Below are positions 27,601-36,610 of a DNA stretch of 64,000 nt, in pieces. Numbering within the stretch: position 1 is the first letter of the stretch; each line of letters opens with the position of its first letter. Made by a program: the position numbers and the translations under genes. Source of the DNA: Gemmatimonadota bacterium (GTDB taxonomy: Bacteria; Gemmatimonadota; Gemmatimonadetes; Longimicrobiales; RSA9); assembly GCA_017881445.1 (NCBI GenBank), contig JADGQX010000002.1:610-64609 (forward strand), read 5' to 3'. Below the pieces are notes generated by a model. The model was given only the letters and a program-made list of their open reading frames with translations. It was not told the DNA's origin and did no database searches.

Positions 27601-27968
27601 CGCCTGGGGCCTCCACGCTGCGCGCCGCCACCGAGACGGGGGCGACCATCGTCCCGGTCGTCAGCATCACGGGCTTCACCACCGGCCAGACCATCACGAT
27701 CGGCAGCGGGACGAACCAGGAGACGGCGGTCGTCGCCTCCACCAGCCGCGGCAGCTTCCGCGGCCCGGGCGGCCCGGGCGGTCAGGCGGGGCCGACCATT
27801 ACCGTCACAGCGCCGCTCACCAGCGCTCACGCCGCGGATGTCCAGGTCTCAGGCAGCGGCATCACGCTCACGACGGCATTGACCCGCACGCACGCCAGCG
27901 GCGCGGTCTTGACCGACGAATTGCCGACGCCCGGCGCGCCCAACCAGTTCCAGAAGAGGATGCAGTAG
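24633..27968 (+). CDS. GH54 alpha-L-arabinofuranosidase catalytic domain with a ~750-aa atypical C-terminus (NEW3-like Ig, lamin-tail-like domain, repeated modules)
   Basis: GH54 (AbfB) blocks are present: GPCDIYAAAGTPCVAAHSSTRAL, LYDQSGKGNHL, CCFDYGNAETDSRDDGDGTMET, GPWVMTDQENNL and GAIVLGNGGDNNNYSQGTFYEGAMT. After these come TLTFTNTTGAPASNVKLSLTVPAGW, then VKLNEFRVSAGANTTDSFIELYNAGNAPIDMSGWTL, and later NRSAGRLPDGQDTDSNCNNF. Confidence 0.85.
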   Translation: MRKGIGRAALLAFMLALPVVAAAQSARGGTARPRPEGPCDIYAAAGTPCVAAHSSTRALLASYNGPLYKVMRQSDGRTLDVGVAQPIASPVPDAGGYADAAAQDRFCAGTYCWITTLYDQSGKGNHLVQAPRGAFIGSAMGGFNTLPIADMAPVTLMGRKVYGTFIAPGMGLRWNDPRGTAVDDQAEGQYWVINGQHYNSGCCFDYGNAETDSRDDGDGTMETTYYGNATLWYYGTRRGPWVMTDQENNLVGCVNESPNDKHCPDLPTITWRFVTATADGEPHHWRTLAGDAQRGELQVMFDGPRIKNDRSSYDPMRKQGAIVLGNGGDNNNYSQGTFYEGAMTAPGTFPSMDTYRKIQANIVAARYDVPRLVLAPASAVDAPPGLQTFSPGSSRSSTLTFTNTTGAPASNVKLSLTVPAGWRSVAAGSTDTFASVAAGGSVSVTFKVTSGPTAFNGDLVGNASWTSSGRPQSEVAAQKVRNVSPVKLNEFRVSAGANTTDSFIELYNAGNAPIDMSGWTLTQHQTQLPSFSAVRIPAATRLAPHGFYLLGLSTSGLAVPARRGDATIYVRSTKGMSVGGELQIGTGSALETRRIVSVGTAAGLPAATGGGFGFNRAYTAGGPTTLWQPLPDGPVITIPAGSTNVPVASVAGFEVGQKMAIGHGATYPAVGSGIEKYEVVTVTGVGKPGTQAWLSREARKGDTNIKVSSTADISVGDRIRLDIDSKGHGIEWVTVTRVGTPSVRNTVFGGPLREGEDPGTGLDLAEPLKFEHAPNMPFSVRGTGIGFTPATRFAHSSNEPVLPLGTGITMDQPLSRDYPIDAVVRDPNVSVAGYQGAQAPNQWFGGPALSPSAGNMVLRDAPGNVVESLNYGALVEPWAAEGYQGTSGAGYQSGCSVGSPGTPPARPGFGAAAPPADVPNRSAGRLPDGQDTDSNCNNFQLQAVANLAAAAVPGSDNLKVGSVDGLAAGQRIMIGSAADVETAVIAAVGTPGASTLRAATETGATIVPVVSITGFTTGQTITIGSGTNQETAVVASTSRGSFRGPGGPGGQAGPTITVTAPLTSAHAADVQVSGSGITLTTALTRTHASGAVLTDELPTPGAPNQFQKRMQ

Positions 27969-28139
27969 GCAGGGCCCTGAAAGAGGATCGGGATGGCGCC
28001 GGCCCGGTTCATACGGACCGGCCAGAACACTTTGCAACGTTGGGTGGATGACAACCTGCGTGCTGCCGTCGGCCTGGGAGACCCGATCGCCGGTGGTCAG
28101 CACGCGCAAACTGGCGGGCTGCCCCGCCGAGAGGACGGC

Positions 28140-29765
28140 ATGAACCCTCCACGTTTCAGTTGGCTGTCGATCAGCGCCTGCGTGGCGCTGGGACTGGCGG
28201 GTGCGCTTCCCGCCGCAGCACAGGGGCCGGGGTTTGCGCCAGCCGCGGTCGGCACGAAGATCGCCGATGGCGAGGCTTACGCCACGGTCGTGGTGCTGAA
28301 GCACCAGAGCAACGCCGCCGACAACGGCCGCATGCTGCTGGCCTACGAGGCCAATAACTTCGACGGCATCCCGATCTGGGAATCGACGGACCAGGGCTCC
28401 AGCTGGCATTTCGTCACCAACGCGAAGGACCCGATGGTGACGGACCGGCCACGCTGCGAGATGCACTGGCAGCCGCATCTCACCGAGATGCCTCGCACGC
28501 AGCACGGCATTGCCGCCGGCACGGTGCTGCTTTCGGCCAGCACGCTGTGCCAGCAGCCGCCCCCCGGGCGCGGCAATGAGCGGATGTTCCTGCGGCTGTT
28601 CACGTCCGGCGACTTCGGCCGCAGCTGGAATTACGTCAGCACCTACGCCGAGGCGCCCGGCGCCGAACCCGTCTGGGAGCCGCAGCTGCTCATCCTGGAC
28701 GACGGCACCTTCGTGGAGTTCTACTCCGACGAAATGCATAAGCGCGAGGGCTACAACCAGCTGCTCGGCCACAAGGTGTCGAAGGATGGCGGCAAGACCT
28801 GGGGTCCGCTGGTGTTCGATGCCGCGAATCCCGGAGGGGTCGAGCGGCCAGGAATGGTGATCATCGACCGGCTGCCCGACGGCCGGTACGTATACAATTA
28901 CGAGGACGTCGAAGGCCCCGTTCACATGCAGGTGCACCTGAAGTTCAGCAAGGACGGGCTGCACTGGGGCGACCCGGAGGACCGCGGCACACCCGTACAG
29001 ACGCCGAGTGGACGGTACCCGGAGAGCACCCCGAACGTGTTCTGGTTCCCGGTTGGCGGGCCGAAGGGGATCATCGCGGTGACGTCGCGCAGCCTGAACG
29101 GGCCGGGCCGCGACGACAACGGCAATACGATCTTCTGGAACAACAACCTCGGCGTGGGGCCGTGGTGGGAAGCGCCCACCCCCGTGCAGAAGCTCGGTAA
29201 CAGCCGCGCGGGCTGGACGCAGGCGCTGGTGCGCCGGCCCGACGGCCAGTTCCTGCACGTAACGTCGAGCGCTTCGGCCGATCCCGCGCGCACGCGCAAC
29301 AGCACCGCCAACGAGATCCTGTTCAAGGTGGGCCCGATCAACTTCAACCGTTACGAGGCGGAAAGCGCTGGGCAGAAGGGCTCGGCCATCATGCGCGACG
29401 GCTCGATGTCGAACGGTGCAAAGTCGCGCCTGGGCGCCAAAGACGTGGGCAAGCTGAGCTTCCCGGTGCACGTGGCGTCCGCGGGCAGGTATGAACTGAC
29501 CGTGGAGTTCACGGGCATCGGCTTCGATGCTACGCCCCGCCTGTCCGTGAACGGCACCCTGGTGGCGGGCTCGGTGACCACGGCGCCCGTGAACCCGGCC
29601 CGGACTGCGCGGCGAGCCGTCGACCTTGGGACGCGCGGCGCCGGCGAGCGAAAGCTGCTGCGCGTGACCGCACAGCTCCGGGCCGGCGACAACGCCATCG
29701 AAGTACTGGGCGGCGAGTACGCGCTCGACGTGGATTACCTCGAGGTCACGCCGGCCGGGTCCTGA
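28140..29765 (+). CDS. BNR/sialidase-fold beta-propeller protein (GH93-like exo-arabinanase candidate) with a C-terminal CBM6/35-like domain
   Basis: ATG 28140 follows GAGAGG, with signal peptide ACVALGLAGALPAAAQG. Four Asp-box-like motifs are present: STDQGSSW, SGDFGRSW, SKDGGKTW and SKDGLHW. The C-terminus NRYEAESAGQKGSAIM...RYELTVEF...DNAIEV...LDVDYLEV looks like a carbohydrate-binding module. Confidence 0.65.
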   Translation: MNPPRFSWLSISACVALGLAGALPAAAQGPGFAPAAVGTKIADGEAYATVVVLKHQSNAADNGRMLLAYEANNFDGIPIWESTDQGSSWHFVTNAKDPMVTDRPRCEMHWQPHLTEMPRTQHGIAAGTVLLSASTLCQQPPPGRGNERMFLRLFTSGDFGRSWNYVSTYAEAPGAEPVWEPQLLILDDGTFVEFYSDEMHKREGYNQLLGHKVSKDGGKTWGPLVFDAANPGGVERPGMVIIDRLPDGRYVYNYEDVEGPVHMQVHLKFSKDGLHWGDPEDRGTPVQTPSGRYPESTPNVFWFPVGGPKGIIAVTSRSLNGPGRDDNGNTIFWNNNLGVGPWWEAPTPVQKLGNSRAGWTQALVRRPDGQFLHVTSSASADPARTRNSTANEILFKVGPINFNRYEAESAGQKGSAIMRDGSMSNGAKSRLGAKDVGKLSFPVHVASAGRYELTVEFTGIGFDATPRLSVNGTLVAGSVTTAPVNPARTARRAVDLGTRGAGERKLLRVTAQLRAGDNAIEVLGGEYALDVDYLEVTPAGS

Positions 29766-29871
29766 GCCGCCTGGCCGCAGTCGGGGCACCCGCCAGCCGG
29801 GTGCCCCGACCCCCGACCGGGCCCGCCTTCGCGGCCGCGCCCTCCACAGTCAGAGCAACAGGAGACATGCG

Positions 29872-30747
29872 ATGCGACGCATATGGGTACGCGCGACCGC
29901 CGCGCTGACGGTCCTCCTCGCGGTCACTGTCTGGCACCCGCGGGCCGCCAGCTCACAGTCGATCCCCGGAGCCAACAAGGCGATCCAGGTATTCAGCGAC
30001 GTACCTTACCGTTCCGGTGAAAGCAAGGCCTTCCGCCTGGACCTGGCGCTGCCGCCTCGCGCGGGCAACCAGCTCCGGCCCGCCATCGTGATCGTGCACG
30101 GCGGCGGCTGGGCGGCGGGTTCGAAAACCGACGCGGTGTACCAGGGGTTGCTGCTCGACTACGCCCGCCAGGGCTACGTCACCACTTCCGTCGAGTACCG
30201 GCTGACCCGCGAAGCGCCGTTCCCGACCGCGGTGGCGGACGTTAAGTGCGCGGTGAAGTGGGTGCGCGCCCATGCGAAGCAGCTGGGCGTGGACCCGGAC
30301 CGGATCGGGGCCTACGGCCATTCCGCGGGTGCGCACCTGGTCATGATGGCCGCGCTCGTGCCCGAATCCGCCGGCCTGGACGGCAACGACTGCGACTGGA
30401 AGGGCGTCTCGGGCAATGTCAACGTGGTCGCTGCGGGCTCCACGCCCACCGAGGGCGGCGCCCGGCAGCCCGCGGAGCGGCAGAAGCCGGAGTTCTGGCC
30501 GATCGGCTACATCCGCAAGGATGTGCCGCCCATGCTGGTGATCCAGGGCACCGCGGATCCCATCGTCCGCGCGGAGCTCACCGATTCGTTCATCGAAAAG
30601 ATCAAGGCGGCCGGTGCGCCGGACGTCACCTACATCCGGGTGGAGGGTGGCGCTCACGCCGTCGCTTACTCCGACAGCCTGAGAATCACCCGTCCGGCCA
30701 TGGACAGTTTCTTTGCTCGTACCCTGAAGCCGGGGCTCCCGAAGTAG
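29872..30747 (+). CDS. alpha/beta-hydrolase esterase (Abhydrolase_3/BD-FAE-like), secreted
   Basis: GGAGA lies 6 nt before the ATG. Motifs are AIVIVHGGGWAAGSK, the nucleophile elbow GAYGHSAGAHL, and QGTADPIV. Confidence 0.8.
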   Translation: MRRIWVRATAALTVLLAVTVWHPRAASSQSIPGANKAIQVFSDVPYRSGESKAFRLDLALPPRAGNQLRPAIVIVHGGGWAAGSKTDAVYQGLLLDYARQGYVTTSVEYRLTREAPFPTAVADVKCAVKWVRAHAKQLGVDPDRIGAYGHSAGAHLVMMAALVPESAGLDGNDCDWKGVSGNVNVVAAGSTPTEGGARQPAERQKPEFWPIGYIRKDVPPMLVIQGTADPIVRAELTDSFIEKIKAAGAPDVTYIRVEGGAHAVAYSDSLRITRPAMDSFFARTLKPGLPK

Positions 30748-31036
30748 CGAAATGCGGGCCTTCTGACTGGCGCTGGTGATGCTCTGCGATGCCCGCGCCG
30801 CAGCGGCGCAGGTGGTGAACTCGAAGGTGATCGACAAAGGGGGGCAGCGGCGCCGTACCACGCGATCGGCGGCCACGGAAGCGTCGCTGTCTACCAGCCG
30901 CGGGATCTAGCGGCTGCGGCCCGCGCGGAGGGCGCGCTGCTCGACGCCTGTTTCGCGTGGCGCCGGACCCCGGAAGGAGCTGCGTGGGCCAAATGAACGA
31001 CCGCGCCAGCAGGGCGCATAGCGCGCCTCTCACCCG

Positions 31037-32089
31037 ATGCCACTGAGGACGACTATGATGCCGAGCCGAAAACTCGCATGGTGCTGCGCGGTGCTGGCGA
31101 TCACCATCTCTTCTGCTGGACGGGCCGCCGGCCAGCAGCCGCAGCAGCCACCGTTCAACCCCACGAGCCCGAATGTCCATGACCCCGTCATGGCCAAGGA
31201 GGGGGACACCTACTACGTGTTCGGTACCGGACGAGGGATTCCCACCCTTCACTCCAAGGACCTGATCACGTGGGAGCAGGGCCCGCCCGTCTTCGCAGAC
31301 GTGCCGGAATGGACGAAGCAGGCGCTGCCCGGATTCAACGGTGACATCTGGGCGCCCGACATCATCTACTACCAGGGCCGCTATCACCTCTTCTACGCCT
31401 GCAATGCCCTGCCCGGCAAGCCCCACGCGGCCATCGGCCACGCGTCCAACCCCACACTCGACCCGAAGAGCCGGAACTTCAAGTGGACCGACCACGGCAA
31501 GATCGTGCAGTCGGTCATGGGCCGGGACACCTGGCAGGCCATTGACCCCAACGCCGTGCTCGACGAGAGCGGCCATCCCTGGCTCGCCTTCGGCTCGTTC
31601 TGGGATGGCATCAAGCTGGTGCGGCTGAGAGACGACATGATGGGCCTGACCTGGCCGGAGGAATGGCACAGCCTGGCCCGTCGCCCCAGCGCCCAGCGGC
31701 CCTACGAGTATTCCCTGCGCGACAGCCAGATCGAGGCGGCCTTTATCTTCAAGCGCGGTCCCTACTACTACCTGTTCGTCTCCTTCGACCTCTGCTGCCG
31801 CGGCGTGAACGGCGATTACAAGATCGCCGTCGGCCGCTCCACCGACCTGACCGGCCCGTATTTCGATCGCCAGGGCGTAGACATGCTGGATGGGGGCGGC
31901 ACGATCGTCGCCAAAGGGGACGGCGCCCGCTGGGCCGCGGTCGGCCATAACGGGGTCTACCGGATGGACGGAAAGGACTACATGGTAACGCACGCCTACT
32001 CCATTCCCGACAAGGGAGCCTCGAAGCTGGTGGTCAAGGAGCTGACGTGGGACGGGGATGGCTGGCCGGTGGTAGACCTGCTGAAGTGA
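31037..32089 (+). CDS. GH43 endo-1,5-alpha-L-arabinanase, secreted
   Basis: VHDPVMAKEGDTYYVFGTG, IWAPDIIYYQGRYHLFY, AIDPNAVLDESGHPWLAFGSFWDGIKL and IEAAFIFKRGPYYYLFVSFDLCC are classical GH43 arabinanase blocks. Confidence 0.9.
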   Translation: MPLRTTMMPSRKLAWCCAVLAITISSAGRAAGQQPQQPPFNPTSPNVHDPVMAKEGDTYYVFGTGRGIPTLHSKDLITWEQGPPVFADVPEWTKQALPGFNGDIWAPDIIYYQGRYHLFYACNALPGKPHAAIGHASNPTLDPKSRNFKWTDHGKIVQSVMGRDTWQAIDPNAVLDESGHPWLAFGSFWDGIKLVRLRDDMMGLTWPEEWHSLARRPSAQRPYEYSLRDSQIEAAFIFKRGPYYYLFVSFDLCCRGVNGDYKIAVGRSTDLTGPYFDRQGVDMLDGGGTIVAKGDGARWAAVGHNGVYRMDGKDYMVTHAYSIPDKGASKLVVKELTWDGDGWPVVDLLK

Positions 32090-32174
32090 TCGGGCGCGGT
32101 CCACCCTGCGCTCGATCCGGCGGCACCGGCGAGGCGCCGGGGTGACGCCCACCACGAAGACGAAGGAGACCACG

Positions 32175-33248
32175 GTGCTGCAGATCCGATCGGGCAGCTT
32201 GGCGGTTGTCCCGCTACTGCTGGCGCTGGCGGTGCCCGCCACGGCACAGCAGCCCAAGGGCGCGGTGAGCAGCAGCATAGCCGCCCGGCGACCGGTGTTC
32301 GGTGGGGCGTGCAAGCTCTGTCCGTGGGGGGCGCTGGGGGAGGTGGTGCGCCAGGCCATGCAGCCTTATGGCTACGAGGTACGGATCTGCCACAACTGCA
32401 GTGGTAGCAATGCCCCGCTGATCGTGGCGGACCGGCGTGAGCCGCCCCCGTACCGCCCGGACCCGAACGTGTCCGAGCTGCTCGCCCCCCAAAACGAGCC
32501 CGGGCTCGGCTCCATCGACTTCGGAGCCACCGCCGTGCAGTTCATAGTGGGGGCCTACCGCGGCACGGGCCCGTACGCGCGGGAACAGCCCCGCAAGAAC
32601 CTGCGGTTGATCGCGAACATCCAGTCGCCGAACTACCTGGTCGTTGCGGCCCGCGCCGAGACCGGCATCACGGACCTCTCACAGGTGCGCGCGAAGCGCT
32701 GGCCGGTCAAGGTCTTGTCGGGCGGCAGCGGCGTCGGGCTGAACGATTCGATCCTGGCGTACTTCGGAATTCCTCGGGACAGCATCCTGGCATCGGGCGG
32801 CCGGATCGGTGCGGACCGCGCCGACCGCCAGGACTTCGACATCATCATCCATTCCTGCCAGGGCCTCACCAGCGCGCCGGAGTTCGATGTGTGGACGGAC
32901 GTGAGCCAGCGCTTCCGCCTGAACTACATCCAGTTGCCCGACGAGCTGCTCGCGAAGATCGCGGCCGATGACTACTACGACCAGGCGCTCATCCCCGTGG
33001 GGCTCATGCCGGGCATCGAGCGCCCGATCAAGGCCGTGGTCCGCACTGGAACGGTGGTCTACACCACGGCGGCCGTGCCCGACGAGTTCGCGTACGCCGT
33101 CGCCAAGGCGCTCGACGAGCAGCAACAGATGCTGCAGTGGAGCCAGCTGAACTTCTCGTACAACAGCCACAACGTCTGGAAGGCATTCGAGGTGCCGCTG
33201 CATCCCGGCGCCGAGCGCTACTACCGGGAGCGCGGTTACCTCAAATGA
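32175..33248 (+). CDS. TAXI-family (TRAP-associated, NMT1_3-like) periplasmic solute-binding protein, orphan
   Basis: AGGAG lies 6 nt before GTG 32175, with signal peptide LAVVPLLLALAVPATAQQ. The C-terminal signature PLHPGAERYYRERGYLK is typical of TAXI receptors. No TRAP membrane component lies in the window. Confidence 0.65.
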   Translation: MLQIRSGSLAVVPLLLALAVPATAQQPKGAVSSSIAARRPVFGGACKLCPWGALGEVVRQAMQPYGYEVRICHNCSGSNAPLIVADRREPPPYRPDPNVSELLAPQNEPGLGSIDFGATAVQFIVGAYRGTGPYAREQPRKNLRLIANIQSPNYLVVAARAETGITDLSQVRAKRWPVKVLSGGSGVGLNDSILAYFGIPRDSILASGGRIGADRADRQDFDIIIHSCQGLTSAPEFDVWTDVSQRFRLNYIQLPDELLAKIAADDYYDQALIPVGLMPGIERPIKAVVRTGTVVYTTAAVPDEFAYAVAKALDEQQQMLQWSQLNFSYNSHNVWKAFEVPLHPGAERYYRERGYLK

Positions 33249-33337
33249 CGACTGTGCATGTATCCACGTGGGCAGGGCACCGAAAGATCACGGCGGCGCG
33301 ACCGCCGACACGTACCATCCACCACGGTGAGAGACCG

Positions 33338-34564
33338 ATGAAGACTCCTGTGATCCTGCTGTTCGGCCTGGCCCTCGCCTGCGTCGCGGGCCCGGCGCGA
33401 GCTGAGGTACCGCTCAAAGACTACAGTTTCGTCCGGGGCGTCAACTACGGGATGACCGCAGACACGGTGCAGCTGGTGCGAGAGCTCGGTTACGCCAAAC
33501 GCATCAATCTCAACAGCACCCGCATCTGGCTCAGCTACCAGGCGTACGAGCGCGATCCGCAGGGGTACATCAATCGGCTTCGGACCTACATCCGGATCAG
33601 TCATCGGCTGGGCTTCACCACCATGCCGATCCTCTGGAACGGCAACGGCCTCGATCCGGCAACGCTGAAGCCCGATTTCCGCCCGAAAGGGGATGTGTAT
33701 GTAAAAGCGATCGTCGAGGCCATCAAGGACGAGCCCGGCCTGCTCATGTGGGATATCATGAACGAGCCCCTGTGGAACGACTACGTCAACGAGGCACCGG
33801 CCGACGCCAAGACCCAGAGGATCGCCGAGATCACCGGGTTCACTCGCTACTACGTCACCTACGTCAAGAAGCTGGATCCGAAGAATGCCGTCACCGTCGG
33901 ACACGTCGTCGCCGAGCACCTGAAGGGGGAAGCCGATCTGGTGGACGTGCTCACCTTCCACGACTACACCGGACTGCGCTCGACCATAGAGGCAGCCTAC
34001 GACACGGCCAAGGCGTATGCGACCAAGTACAACAAGCCGATGATGAACACGGAGACGGGTTGCATCGCCCGCGCCAATCCGTACGACCTCGTGCTGCAGA
34101 TCGCGGAAGAGCGCCATACCGGTTGGTACGTGTTCAACCTGATCGTCTCGGGGTACTGGGGCGAGATTCACGGCATCTTCTATCCTGACGGCACCATCCG
34201 GGATCCGGCCATCGTGGCGGCGGTCATGGGCTTCTATCGCAACCGGAACCTGGAGACGATCATCAGGCCCGTGCCCAACCGTGAAGGGCACGCGACCGAG
34301 GCGATCAATGCGATCCAGGCAGCCCTGAACGACAACCCGAGCACCTTCCGCTACACCCGCAACTCGCTCGACAAGATCCTGGACGCGGCGGAGATGGCGG
34401 CGAACCTGCTCGAGTCCGCCGAGATGGTGCCGATGAACGTGCCGCCGACCGCGCGGATCAAGTTCTGGCGCAGCCAGGCGCCTGAGAAGCGGGATCGCGA
34501 TGCAATCCGGGCGTTCGCGTACGAGCTGGGGCAGACGCTCAAGAAGAACACCCTGCAGTACTGA
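33338..34564 (+). CDS. clan GH-A (GH5-like) glycoside hydrolase, paralogue of 11767..12975
   Basis: ATG 33338 gives signal peptide MKTPVILLFGLALACVAGPARA. Motifs are LLMWDIMNEPL and KPMMNTETG. It shares the block IHGIFYPDGTIRDPAIVAAVMGFYRNR and a helical C-terminal ~110 aa with the paralogue. Confidence 0.7.
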   Translation: MKTPVILLFGLALACVAGPARAEVPLKDYSFVRGVNYGMTADTVQLVRELGYAKRINLNSTRIWLSYQAYERDPQGYINRLRTYIRISHRLGFTTMPILWNGNGLDPATLKPDFRPKGDVYVKAIVEAIKDEPGLLMWDIMNEPLWNDYVNEAPADAKTQRIAEITGFTRYYVTYVKKLDPKNAVTVGHVVAEHLKGEADLVDVLTFHDYTGLRSTIEAAYDTAKAYATKYNKPMMNTETGCIARANPYDLVLQIAEERHTGWYVFNLIVSGYWGEIHGIFYPDGTIRDPAIVAAVMGFYRNRNLETIIRPVPNREGHATEAINAIQAALNDNPSTFRYTRNSLDKILDAAEMAANLLESAEMVPMNVPPTARIKFWRSQAPEKRDRDAIRAFAYELGQTLKKNTLQY

Positions 34565-34647
34565 GGTGGAGAGTATCGTGCCCGGTCCGGTAGGAAAGGC
34601 GAATCGAGTTCGCACGACCTGCCGTGGCCGGGTAGAAGCTGAAGTAG

Positions 34648-36504
<1,857 letters not shown>

Positions 36505-36610
36505 GGATTCAGGGGCGGGCCGTCGGTCCGGGCGCCAGTCGGGGGCCGACGGCCTCGCTCCACGCATTCACTCACTTGGGGACAACACCACTCGCAGGAG
36601 GGGATTCCTC

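Noticed and set aside
27849-29789. A 646-aa reverse-strand ORF
   Set aside because: It is an antisense shadow of the BNR-propeller gene with no motifs. The same reasoning applies to the other long shadows: 745..2067, 3429..4610, 4655..5878, 5770..6819, 7558..8865, 17002..18435, 19411..20721, 22634..23464, 30686..32359, 33236..34690, 37721..38854, 39569..40759, 43448..44428, 45032..45907, 47390..48310, 53592..54554, 54741..55829, 56468..57730 and 61900..63138.
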